41,244 nt of DNA from a virus. Its lineage: Duplodnaviria > Caudoviricetes. This document shows positions 1 through 9,621 of the stretch, one piece after another. The stretch is from positions 1 to 41,244 of the IMG/VR virus record IMGVR_UViG_3300030207_001373. One strand, written 5' to 3'. The notes under the pieces are model-generated. The model was not told where the DNA came from and searched no databases. It saw only the letters and a list, made by a program, of their open reading frames with translations. A program made the translations under genes and the position numbers. Within the stretch, counting starts at the first letter, position 1. The number at the start of each line of letters is the position of its first letter.

Positions 1-763
1 CTACCCAATACCAGTCATATGTTTCGTTACCAAACTCATCTGTTTGTGAATAATATATATCATCATATCCATATTCAAACCCTAACTCATACCAATAGTT
101 AACAGGATATTCTTCACCGTTAATCATTTGTGTTTCGTTTAACCATATTTCAATAGGATTATATCCATAAGGTCTTTCATGTGTACGATATATTGCGCCT
201 GCAGATATACTAAACTTATTACCAATAGGTAGTTTAGCTTTTAATTCAGCTGATTTATAATTAAAATCAACCTTACCTTGTTTTCTACTTTCTATTTTAA
301 CAACATGATATTTACCACTGTGCTTTAAGAAATATCTGTGATTATCAAACATCTCATCTCTTTCTCTTTCTTTTTCCCAGTGAAATAAATATTCAAAACC
401 TTTTACAGGTGAATTAGTTGCAGCTAAACCTACACTGCTTTCAGTACCATCATAGTAGTGTTTACCTTTAAACTCGTAATCAAACCTAGCTAGTTTACGT
501 ACACCAAAACCATATCTATAGTCAAAATCATAGTAGTCTGTTCCGTCTACTACAACAGGTATATCATATAAACCACCATCTGGGTTTGTTCTTACAAAAT
601 AATCTTTAACTTCTTCTTTTGGATTTTCTATATCACCAGCTATGTAAAAAGTACTATATTTAAAAAAGTCTTCATAAATAGACTTAAATAAGTTCTTTTT
701 GTTTTCTTGAGCGAAAACAGTGATATTTGTTAGTAAAAATACTATAATTAGCAAATGTCTCAT
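1..763 (-). CDS. Secreted, probable outer-membrane beta-barrel-like protein (3' end runs off the window; absent from the ORF track)
   Basis: Manual translation from the ATG at 763: MRHLLIIVFLLTNITVFA|QENKKNLFKSIYEDFFKYSTFYIAG...FDYRYGFGVRK...KGFEYLFHWEKER...KFSISAGAIYRTH...YDWYWV. There is no stop before the window edge (254 codons). It has a Sec signal peptide and Tyr/Trp/Phe-rich alternating strands. Confidence 0.8.
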   Translation of the reverse strand, partial: MRHLLIIVFLLTNITVFAQENKKNLFKSIYEDFFKYSTFYIAGDIENPKEEVKDYFVRTNPDGGLYDIPVVVDGTDYYDFDYRYGFGVRKLARFDYEFKGKHYYDGTESSVGLAATNSPVKGFEYLFHWEKERERDEMFDNHRYFLKHSGKYHVVKIESRKQGKVDFNYKSAELKAKLPIGNKFSISAGAIYRTHERPYGYNPIEIWLNETQMINGEEYPVNYWYELGFEYGYDDIYYSQTDEFGNETYDWYWV

Positions 764-781
764 AGTGTAGGGGTTTTATTT

Positions 782-790
782 TATTATTAC
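782..790 (-). promoter_or_regulatory. GTAATWATA intergenic motif (candidate phage promoter element)
   Basis: GTAATAATA lies in the short spacer upstream of the ATG at 763. The same motif recurs at 12143-12151 and 31379-31387. Confidence 0.35.
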
Positions 791-795
791 TTGTT

Positions 796-3700
796 TTATA
801 AATTATTTAGCTTTTTTTCCATGTTATCTAGTTTTTTCTGCATTCTAGCATCTATGTCAAGTTTCTTTAATCTATTTGTTTCTTTTCTTTTTTCTATGCC
901 TTCTTGTTTTCTACGTTCCTTAGCTCGAGCTTTTATTAACTCATGTTCAGGGTAAACTTCAGCTCCAACATCCCACGCGTTCCAACCTAAAGCAGTAGCA
1001 ACTCTTTGCCAAGCTTCGTTTCTTTCGTCTAATGAAGCTTGTATGTTGTCCATTTTATTAACAAGACGATCCATTGGTATATTTAACGAAGCAGAAACTA
1101 TATTACCTATTATTTTATAAGCAGGTGAATCTGGTGCAAAACCTCTTTCGTCTATAACATCTTTATCAAATTTGTAAGTGTTTATAGCTCCATATAGTTT
1201 TCTTACTTTACTACCTATTGGTGGAGAGAAATTAGCTACTTGAATTATTGTATAAGCATGATCAGCCATATAACCTTTTTTCTGCTGCTTACTGTATTCC
1301 ATTATTATATTTTTAACAGTAGAAACAACAGCGCCTGGTAAACCAGAACCTCTTAAGAAAGTATCTAACATATTATTAGCAACTCTTATTTGTTTTGCTA
1401 ATTCTTTTTCGTTTTGTTTTATTTGATCTTCATCTTCATCACCTCCAAATCCTGGTAGCATTGCAAATAAACCTGATTGTAAAGCAGAGAACACGAAGTT
1501 TTGTATACCACCGTAATATATTATTTTGCTTATATTAGTTATATCACTTTGAAACTGTGTCATGCCTGGGTATCTTCTTCTATTTATTAAATCTTGTGCT
1601 GCTCTTTTTATGTTTCTATTATATTGGAAAGGTGTATTTTGCCAAGCAAATAGCAAACGACCTAATGGACTAGCTTGTACCTCTGATATTAAAGCTGGAT
1701 CAGAAGACTGTTGAGTTTCTTCAGCAATATCTGCCATATCTTGAAAAGCTTTATCATGAGCAGCTTTATTATCTAAACCTTGTTTTTTATATTTATTAAA
1801 TCTGTTTCTATAAAAACTAGCACCACCTGCTGCAATAGCAAAACTATCTACTATCTGTGTAGGTAAGAAACCTTTTTTAAGCAAATAAGATAATGCCGCT
1901 TTAGTTTTACTTTTAGCATTTTTAACAGCATTAGCTAATTCAGCTTCTTGTACGTTTATCTGTAAACCAGATCTTCTTTGTTTAAGCATTGGTGAATTAA
2001 ATATCATAACAAAGTCTGACCAAAACTGTTTTTGATTAGCAAAAGCTTTTGCAGCTGCAAATATATTATTGTCTCCCCAGTTTATAAAGTTTACAGTAGA
2101 TATAGACTGTAATGTTGCTGATCTAATATTAAAGAACATAACAACACCAACAGAGTCGTTTATCCAGTTCATGAAACCATTTACAAGTTTATTACCACCA
2201 AAGTTTCTATTAGTACCATTTTCCATACGGAATAGTATATCTTCTAAAGCATCTCTATATCTTCTACCAAATATAGCTTCTAACTTATTTAAAGTTTCTT
2301 TTGTAAATATTTCATTTTTATTATCTACAAATTCTTGTATGAATTTTTTTCTACCAACTTTATTTGTTAAAGCATCTATATCACCAGTTATACTACCAAC
2401 ATCCCAATGTAAGTCTGGTTTCATGTAAGTACCGTTAATACCTGGGAAAGATAATAGATCAGTAGCAAATCCCATTAACTGCGAATCACCCTCTACATGT
2501 TTAATTAATTTAGCTTTATCTCTTTTAGATATACCAGGAATATCGTAACCAGCTTTATCCCACAAATAAACTCTTATAGCGTGATCATTTGTAAACGTAC
2601 CATCAGGTGTTGTTTCTTTTAATTTCTTTTTAACATCATGAGATTTAACTAAAAGTAAATAATTATTTTTAGCTGTTTGTTTAGCTATTTTAATAGCCAT
2701 AACACCTTTAAAATATGGATCAATTAAGTTTTCTTTTATCCATTTATATTGCGCTGTACCTTTTTCACCCTTAGCTAACAACATATACATTAAACCTTTA
2801 AAGTCTTCAGCGTGAGGTGGTAAATAGAAAGTATATCTACCTTTTTTCTCACCTTGTCTTTTAGCAACTATATCTGAAAAAGTAGCATCAGATTTAACAC
2901 CTGTAGTTTCCTCTATTATATCATTAAATATTTTTACTTTAGTTTTTGATTTAGAAAAATCTAATTTAGCTTGTTCTACTCTTTGTTTAACATCAAATTG
3001 ATCTAGTAAATCTTTAACTGCTTGTACGTTTGGTAAAGCATCGTCAGCAAAGTAAAAATTATTATAACCTTCAGCAACCTTATCAGCTATCCATAATGCT
3101 TTAGCTTCAGGTCTACCATCAGCTAAACCAGTAATATTTTTTAAAGGTATATTAATACCTAAACCTTCCATGAAAGCTTTTATTGCTGGAGCAGATTCTT
3201 GTGGTCTTGCTGTTAATATAAATATATCGCCAGATCCAAACTTATCTTGTCTTCTCATAGCTAAGTCAAACAATGGTCCTTTCTTACCATCTATAACCTC
3301 ATTAAATTCACTAAAGTCAAATTCAGCGCCTTGTGATTCTAGTTCTGCATGCATTTTAGCAAACTCTGTAGCATTTATCTTAGGAGCTGACTTCATTATT
3401 TCTTTTCTGTTTCTTTCTCTAAGTATTCTATTACCGATCTCACGGTTCATCTCAAGCTCTTCTTGCATTTCTTTTGTTATGACTATAACTTGAGAATTAG
3501 TTCTAGCTAAAGTGTCATCAAAGTCAAACACGCTAATACCTTTTACTTTTGTTGTGGTCTTAGACATGTAAACTTCTAACATTTTTACATCTTCTGGATT
3601 AGGCAATTGATTGTCCTGTATTGCTTCATGAACAGCTTGGTGGTAGTTACCAAACTCATTTCCACTTTGTATATCTTTTATAGCAAAAGATGGTCCACCT

Positions 3701-6700
3701 AAAGTAAAGTTGTTATAGTATCTTGATTGTGATGGCATACCAGGTTTCCAGGCAGCTGTCATAGTACTTCCAAACATTTTACCAATATGTGTGTCCATTG
3801 TTTTAGGTATAATAGCAACTGTATAAGTACTAAATAAATTGTCAATATCAATACCTTTATTACCTTTAAAATAATGATCTATTAAGTACATTGAAATTAC
3901 CCTTGCAGGTATCATGTGCTCATATCTATATAAATTAGCGTTATTACCTATAGAGTTTACTGGCGTAAACTGTAATAATGCAGCAGATCTTAAAACAGTG
4001 TCCATGTTGCTGCTCATGCCCTGCATAAACATAGCTAAATCAACATTATTGTTTGATGCTTCTTTAGCTATAGGCATAATTAATTTTATAAAATCTCTAG
4101 CTTCTTTCGCAGCATCTTTTCTTTCTTGATAGTTAATTGAATTATTAACGTAATCATTAGCGTTTTGATCTGGTTTTTTAATGTCTATCCTTTTACCATT
4201 TCTACCAAAATACTTGTTTTTACCCTTTCCTAATACTTCTACAGATGGATCAATACCTTTTATTAAGCTTTTATATATATGCTCTGTGCTTTCATATAGA
4301 TTATATCTATTGTCTCCTCCTCTTCCATCTTTTTTCCATTGACCAGATTTTTTACTCCATATACCACTACCTGTTTTACCAGAGTTTTTAACTGATGGCA
4401 TGTAAAACTTTATTATCATATCGGCTGCTTTTTGTTGAGCAGCTTCTTGAGACAAACCTTTTTTAATAACCTTGCCATCTTCATCAAGAATATCTTTCTT
4501 AAAATGTTCTACTAAATCTATACCTATTTGTTTATTAAATTTTTCATAGCTTTTTATACTACCTATTTGATTAAAGTAATAACCAGGAGTGTGTGGTAGA
4601 CTAAATATAGTTTTTAAATCTTGACCTAAGTCAAAACCTTCCATTGCAACCTCTAAATATGAAGCAGCGTCTTCCATTTTTGTAATATCTATTTCTTGTT
4701 TTACTCTTTCAAATGGTTTTAGCATCCTAGCAAAATCATCTAATATTGCATTTTTTTGTTTTGTTGTAAAACCTTTTAAACCATCTATACTTTTCCATAT
4801 AGAGTTCATGCCAGATCTACTAAAGTTAGGGGCTTCTTTTAACTTATCTAAAAACTCTGCTTTGTTTTGTTCCCACACAGCTCTTTCTAATACACCAAGC
4901 TTGTTTATAGTTCTTGAAAAATCTAACTCACTATCCCTTTTAATTGCTTCTGTTACTTGACCAGTAAGCCCTTCGTATTGATTATCTAAATCTGTATCTT
5001 CTCTTAACGCTTGATGAACAGCATCTAAACCTAGTTCCATAGCTAATGTTTCTCTAAGAGAATTATATGCTGTTTCTCTACCTTCAACAAACACTTTTTG
5101 AATCTCAGCCATTAACTCTGGTGTAACTTGTTTTTTATTCCATATAGCGTTACCAGCTTTTCTATTTTTAACAAATGATGCATCTATATCTGTCATTGCT
5201 GCATCTGATTGTTTAGTGTCCATTTCACCACCAAACTCTGTAAATAATTTTATACCAGCTTTGTTTCTATGTTTTACGCCTAATATGTCAATAAGCATTT
5301 TTACGTTTTCTTCCTTGCTAATAAACTCTTTAAATTTATCGCTTTTCTTAGTACCTATTAACTCTGTTATTTCGTTTTTTAATTCTTTTACAAACTCTTT
5401 TTCTAGTGCTTGTCTATATTTTTTAGGATCTTTTTGTAATAAACCTTGTTTGTCTTTTAAAGCGTTTTTAGCATTGTTTAATACCTTTTTGTAAAGCTTA
5501 CCACCTTTTTGCACACCTAGCAAACTTCTCATTTCACCGGTTAGCCTTTCCATTTCTGTATCTAATTCGTTTTGTGTATTGATACCTCCTAAAACACCTT
5601 CGTTACCAGAGAATCTATCAAAATCAAATTGACCAGTTTCTGAATCAACTACTTGTTGTCTACCTAAAGCACTAAACTTAGGTAACTGTATAACATGGTT
5701 TATTCTATTATGTAGCTCTCCATATATATGAGATGTTAAAGATCTTCCTCCTTCTGGTTTCCATGTAGCTACTAAATAAGGAATACCATTATCACCTTTT
5801 TCTACACCTGTTGCTAGTGTTTCTACAATACCATCAGCTAGGTTTTTATACCCAGGTACTTGATCAAATCGTTTATCTAATTGTTTACGTAACCAAGGTT
5901 TACCTTCATATCTAAACTTTGACCATGCTTCACCTACAAAGAAACCTACACCTAGCTTTTCTTCTCTAGTCATTTCATTGAAAGGTTTATTGTACATACC
6001 TACAGCATCTTCAAAAGCTTTATCAGAAGCTTTAAATATACCATCTTTTTCTTTTACAGTTACACCTGATGTAATATCATTTTTGGTTACAGATAAATCT
6101 AACTCTTCTCTTTCTACGTTAGGTCTTAATCCTAGTCTTTCATCACTATCATCTGGTGCTATAGCACCTTTAGCTCCTCTTACTGCTCTTGGTGCTTTAC
6201 CGCCAAACTGTGCCTCAGCGTTAAAACCTCTTACAAAATCAAAAAGTTTTTCACCTTGTTCATAACCAAATATTTTTTCAAATAATCCACTAGGTAAAGC
6301 GCCTTTCATAAAGTTTCTAACACCAGACATACCTTCTGCGTTTAAATCAGGAGCTGACTGATCTGACATAACATCTGAAACCGCTTGTATTACTTCTGTA
6401 AAATAATTAGGTCCTTTTATAACATTACCGTCTTTATCTTTACTAGCATAGTTTGCATCTAGATTTTCTTTAACTACTGCAAAAAACTCTGGTTGATTTA
6501 TTTCTAACCAGTTATATAAATCTTGTCCATATTTAGGATTTTGCTTATTTTCTTTTTCCATTACATGGTGTAATAGTTCGTGAGAACCAACACCTACTGC
6601 TCTATTATTTATAGCATTTGTTTTGTGTATAATAATTCTACCAGATTCTTTTAAATATACACCGTTAAAACTACCATCTTTTAATGCTTCTTTTAATTTA

Positions 6701-9618
6701 GCTAATTTTGCCTTTGCTTTTTTAGAAAGATTTTTTTGATTAGTAACACCGTATGATTGTAAAAAAGCTTTTATTACTTGAGCATCTGTTTCAGCAATAT
6801 CAAATATATCTGTTTCATCTTTTAAACTATCTTTAGAATAATCTTTTGCGTTTTGTATACCGTTCTCAACATCTTCTTTTACTTTACTTTCTATCCAGTC
6901 TTGTTTAGCTTGCTGTTTAGCTTTCTCACGCATTTTTTTGCTATACTTATTGCCTGTTACTTTACCAAACATTTTTTCTAACAATGTGTTTTCTAGTTCT
7001 AATTGAGCATCTTTACCTAAAGCATCATACTGTCTAATTAAACCATCTTCATACTCTTTTATTATAGTACCATCTGCTTTAGCATTTATACCACCTAAAT
7101 CTCTAATTTTTTGGAAATTAGTGTTTAAATTTATTTCTCTATGATTGTTTAAGTTTTCAGCTTCTAAACCAGCGTTGTTAAGTAATGCTTCTCTTTTCTG
7201 TACTAAACCGTCAAAGTCAGTTCTAAACTTAGCTTCTATCTCTTGTAGTTGTTTTTTAGAAATATCTCCATTTCTATATTGCATTAAGTATTGTCCCCAC
7301 TTTTTATTTACCTGTCTCATTTCTCTGTTGACTTCACCGACTTGAAACGCTTGTTCAATAGACATACCTTTACCAAGCTTGTCAAATATTTTTTGAGCCA
7401 TAGCATTATACTCTCCTGTAAGCGCTTTTACTTCTTTAAGTATACTTTTATTAATACCACCTTGACCAGCTTTCTTAATCATTGTTTCAAGATCAGCTTC
7501 AACAGGTAAGCCTGTCAACTTAGCTATCTTTTGTTTAATCTCATTTAGATCTGCTAATTCTTTTTTAGTAGCTATCTCTGAATTAATAGTAGCTTTTATC
7601 ATTCTTACACCAGCAATACTATTTATACCACCACCCATAAGAGCTCCTTGAGCAAATGTTTCTAAACCACCTTCAAATATATTTTTGTCTTCACCTAAAA
7701 ATAATACGTCAGCAGAGTTTTGTAAAATAGTAGTACCAAACTCAGAACCACCTTCTCTTAAATTACCTTTGAATATAGTTTTTCCAGCCCATTTAAAACC
7801 TTCTTTTACACTATCTGGTGGTATTAATTTTAAACCTTTTCTAGCGTTTTTAATTAACGCCATAGTACCAAACTTTTCAAAAACAACTTCAGCTATACCA
7901 TAAGCCATACCCGTTGTTAGTTTTCTCCACTCAGGAACGTTTAACGTGTCTGTTAATTGTTGTATTTGAGTTTCGTAAGAAGCTAACTCAAGTGGATCTG
8001 CGTTAGGATCTTGCTTTAGTTTTTCATACTCTTCCATTACACGTGGTAATTTCTTAGCAGCATCGAACTCAGCAATCATTTGTGTAGAGTGTCCTTCAGC
8101 AAAACCAGTTGCAAAGAATAATGGTAACGCAGCTGGACCTGTAAAAGCCATAGATAAAGAAGGTATTAAGTTTACTGTTGAACTAGCTAACCATCTACCA
8201 GCGTCTTTAAAACTAGATATTTCATCAACACCTATAGGTATTTGATACATACCAGCTTCATAATTCATATCGTCCTTTAAATCAGCAAAAGGCTTAATCA
8301 TAAGGTCTCTCATATACTCATTATTTATAGCTTGTGGAGAAGTGTATGCGTTTACTGTACCCGCAGCATATAATATACTAGCACCCACACCTTTAAAACC
8401 TGTGGTTAATTGTGCCATTCTGTTATAATTTTTGTTGAAGTTTTGTAGACCGATTGGTACTACTTTTGAGGCACCTTCTACTGAGGTGAATAAATCCATT
8501 AGTTGATCTTCTTGTCTTATAAGATCTATTTGATCAGCATATAGGTCTTGGAAACCTTGTACTGTAGGATTTGCTTCGTAAGCTTTAACATTTTGTGCAA
8601 ACGTATTAGCTTTTGTTTGATAATCTTTATCTAACGCTATTAATGAATCTAAATCTTGAGTATATTGCTTTTCAAGACCTTTTATCATTACATCTATTTT
8701 TCTTCTATCTTCTCTCGAAGCGTCGCTTTTAAATTCAGAATATTTTTTTTGTTTTAGTTTTTGAGTAGCATCAGCTATAAAAGAATCAGCTTCATCATCA
8801 GTATATGTTAAAGCTTCACCGTTGTTCCATGCTTGATATTTATTCCACATGTTTTCTGTTTCAAAATCTTCTCTTGAAACCTTATCACCTTTACCACCAA
8901 CTCTTTGCATTTTTCCATGTGTACCGTCAAGAGCGTTTATTTGCATTAACTTACCATCTCTAATATCTGTAAATTTTCCTTCATCAGACTCTCTTAATTT
9001 ATCTTTAGCCTCATCTCTTGTTACACCAGACTCAACATCTACATGGGCTGTTAGCTTGTCAAACATGTCTTTGTCTTGTTTAACAACTTGATTAAAATAA
9101 TCCATGTTAGCATTTTCAGCTATCCATTTATTTATTTCATCTATTTTGAAATCATACCCTGTATTGTCGTCTTTGTATTGAGGAACCACATCTGACAATT
9201 TAAATGCTGATATACCATATTGATCTTCAAATACATCATCACCAGTAACAAAATTCCAACCACTTATTTGATTACCATACTGAGCTATTTGACCCTCAGT
9301 TTTTAACATCATATTTTCACCAACTCCATATTGCTCTGGCTCTATACCTAGTACATTTAATTTGTTTGTTAAAGCATCTTCAAGTTTTTCCTCACTTAAT
9401 CTCTCTCCTGATTCATCATAGAAATCATCTTGGGTTAAAAAGTAATCCTCTACCTTACCCATGTTTCTACTTCTAATGTCTATTGTAAGTGGGTCTTGCT
9501 CTGGTTCTTCAGTAGAGCCTTGTTGTATGTTATTTAAGTCAATACCTTTTAGATCAGCAATATCCTCAATAGGCATACCGTACTGATCTGACAAGGCTTG
9601 TAATTCCTCTAAAGTCAT
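796..9618 (-). CDS. Giant virion cargo/ejection protein, polyvalent type (zincin peptidase, sigma-like, HNH-like and HAD phosphatase domains)
   Basis: 2940-aa ORF, third of three cargo genes after the nozzle gene. Motifs: HELLH (6568-6582); LVATWKPEGGRSLTSHIY (~5720-5780); YEHMIP (~3907-3924); HAD motifs DFDDT (3511-3525), LTAR, K and FADD. Gly/Ala-rich hydrophobic segments occur near both ends. Confidence 0.85.
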   Translation of the reverse strand: MTLEELQALSDQYGMPIEDIADLKGIDLNNIQQGSTEEPEQDPLTIDIRSRNMGKVEDYFLTQDDFYDESGERLSEEKLEDALTNKLNVLGIEPEQYGVGENMMLKTEGQIAQYGNQISGWNFVTGDDVFEDQYGISAFKLSDVVPQYKDDNTGYDFKIDEINKWIAENANMDYFNQVVKQDKDMFDKLTAHVDVESGVTRDEAKDKLRESDEGKFTDIRDGKLMQINALDGTHGKMQRVGGKGDKVSREDFETENMWNKYQAWNNGEALTYTDDEADSFIADATQKLKQKKYSEFKSDASREDRRKIDVMIKGLEKQYTQDLDSLIALDKDYQTKANTFAQNVKAYEANPTVQGFQDLYADQIDLIRQEDQLMDLFTSVEGASKVVPIGLQNFNKNYNRMAQLTTGFKGVGASILYAAGTVNAYTSPQAINNEYMRDLMIKPFADLKDDMNYEAGMYQIPIGVDEISSFKDAGRWLASSTVNLIPSLSMAFTGPAALPLFFATGFAEGHSTQMIAEFDAAKKLPRVMEEYEKLKQDPNADPLELASYETQIQQLTDTLNVPEWRKLTTGMAYGIAEVVFEKFGTMALIKNARKGLKLIPPDSVKEGFKWAGKTIFKGNLREGGSEFGTTILQNSADVLFLGEDKNIFEGGLETFAQGALMGGGINSIAGVRMIKATINSEIATKKELADLNEIKQKIAKLTGLPVEADLETMIKKAGQGGINKSILKEVKALTGEYNAMAQKIFDKLGKGMSIEQAFQVGEVNREMRQVNKKWGQYLMQYRNGDISKKQLQEIEAKFRTDFDGLVQKREALLNNAGLEAENLNNHREINLNTNFQKIRDLGGINAKADGTIIKEYEDGLIRQYDALGKDAQLELENTLLEKMFGKVTGNKYSKKMREKAKQQAKQDWIESKVKEDVENGIQNAKDYSKDSLKDETDIFDIAETDAQVIKAFLQSYGVTNQKNLSKKAKAKLAKLKEALKDGSFNGVYLKESGRIIIHKTNAINNRAVGVGSHELLHHVMEKENKQNPKYGQDLYNWLEINQPEFFAVVKENLDANYASKDKDGNVIKGPNYFTEVIQAVSDVMSDQSAPDLNAEGMSGVRNFMKGALPSGLFEKIFGYEQGEKLFDFVRGFNAEAQFGGKAPRAVRGAKGAIAPDDSDERLGLRPNVEREELDLSVTKNDITSGVTVKEKDGIFKASDKAFEDAVGMYNKPFNEMTREEKLGVGFFVGEAWSKFRYEGKPWLRKQLDKRFDQVPGYKNLADGIVETLATGVEKGDNGIPYLVATWKPEGGRSLTSHIYGELHNRINHVIQLPKFSALGRQQVVDSETGQFDFDRFSGNEGVLGGINTQNELDTEMERLTGEMRSLLGVQKGGKLYKKVLNNAKNALKDKQGLLQKDPKKYRQALEKEFVKELKNEITELIGTKKSDKFKEFISKEENVKMLIDILGVKHRNKAGIKLFTEFGGEMDTKQSDAAMTDIDASFVKNRKAGNAIWNKKQVTPELMAEIQKVFVEGRETAYNSLRETLAMELGLDAVHQALREDTDLDNQYEGLTGQVTEAIKRDSELDFSRTINKLGVLERAVWEQNKAEFLDKLKEAPNFSRSGMNSIWKSIDGLKGFTTKQKNAILDDFARMLKPFERVKQEIDITKMEDAASYLEVAMEGFDLGQDLKTIFSLPHTPGYYFNQIGSIKSYEKFNKQIGIDLVEHFKKDILDEDGKVIKKGLSQEAAQQKAADMIIKFYMPSVKNSGKTGSGIWSKKSGQWKKDGRGGDNRYNLYESTEHIYKSLIKGIDPSVEVLGKGKNKYFGRNGKRIDIKKPDQNANDYVNNSINYQERKDAAKEARDFIKLIMPIAKEASNNNVDLAMFMQGMSSNMDTVLRSAALLQFTPVNSIGNNANLYRYEHMIPARVISMYLIDHYFKGNKGIDIDNLFSTYTVAIIPKTMDTHIGKMFGSTMTAAWKPGMPSQSRYYNNFTLGGPSFAIKDIQSGNEFGNYHQAVHEAIQDNQLPNPEDVKMLEVYMSKTTTKVKGISVFDFDDTLARTNSQVIVITKEMQEELEMNREIGNRILRERNRKEIMKSAPKINATEFAKMHAELESQGAEFDFSEFNEVIDGKKGPLFDLAMRRQDKFGSGDIFILTARPQESAPAIKAFMEGLGINIPLKNITGLADGRPEAKALWIADKVAEGYNNFYFADDALPNVQAVKDLLDQFDVKQRVEQAKLDFSKSKTKVKIFNDIIEETTGVKSDATFSDIVAKRQGEKKGRYTFYLPPHAEDFKGLMYMLLAKGEKGTAQYKWIKENLIDPYFKGVMAIKIAKQTAKNNYLLLVKSHDVKKKLKETTPDGTFTNDHAIRVYLWDKAGYDIPGISKRDKAKLIKHVEGDSQLMGFATDLLSFPGINGTYMKPDLHWDVGSITGDIDALTNKVGRKKFIQEFVDNKNEIFTKETLNKLEAIFGRRYRDALEDILFRMENGTNRNFGGNKLVNGFMNWINDSVGVVMFFNIRSATLQSISTVNFINWGDNNIFAAAKAFANQKQFWSDFVMIFNSPMLKQRRSGLQINVQEAELANAVKNAKSKTKAALSYLLKKGFLPTQIVDSFAIAAGGASFYRNRFNKYKKQGLDNKAAHDKAFQDMADIAEETQQSSDPALISEVQASPLGRLLFAWQNTPFQYNRNIKRAAQDLINRRRYPGMTQFQSDITNISKIIYYGGIQNFVFSALQSGLFAMLPGFGGDEDEDQIKQNEKELAKQIRVANNMLDTFLRGSGLPGAVVSTVKNIIMEYSKQQKKGYMADHAYTIIQVANFSPPIGSKVRKLYGAINTYKFDKDVIDERGFAPDSPAYKIIGNIVSASLNIPMDRLVNKMDNIQASLDERNEAWQRVATALGWNAWDVGAEVYPEHELIKARAKERRKQEGIEKRKETNRLKKLDIDARMQKKLDNMEKKLNNL

Positions 9619-9621
9619 ACT

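Noticed and set aside
3511-3525. DFDD in the 2940-aa protein as the catalytic motif of a crAss-type virion RNA polymerase
   Set aside because: The context is hhhDxDxT with downstream HAD motifs II-IV, not DxDxD. DFDGL and DFDRF elsewhere also lack the third Asp.
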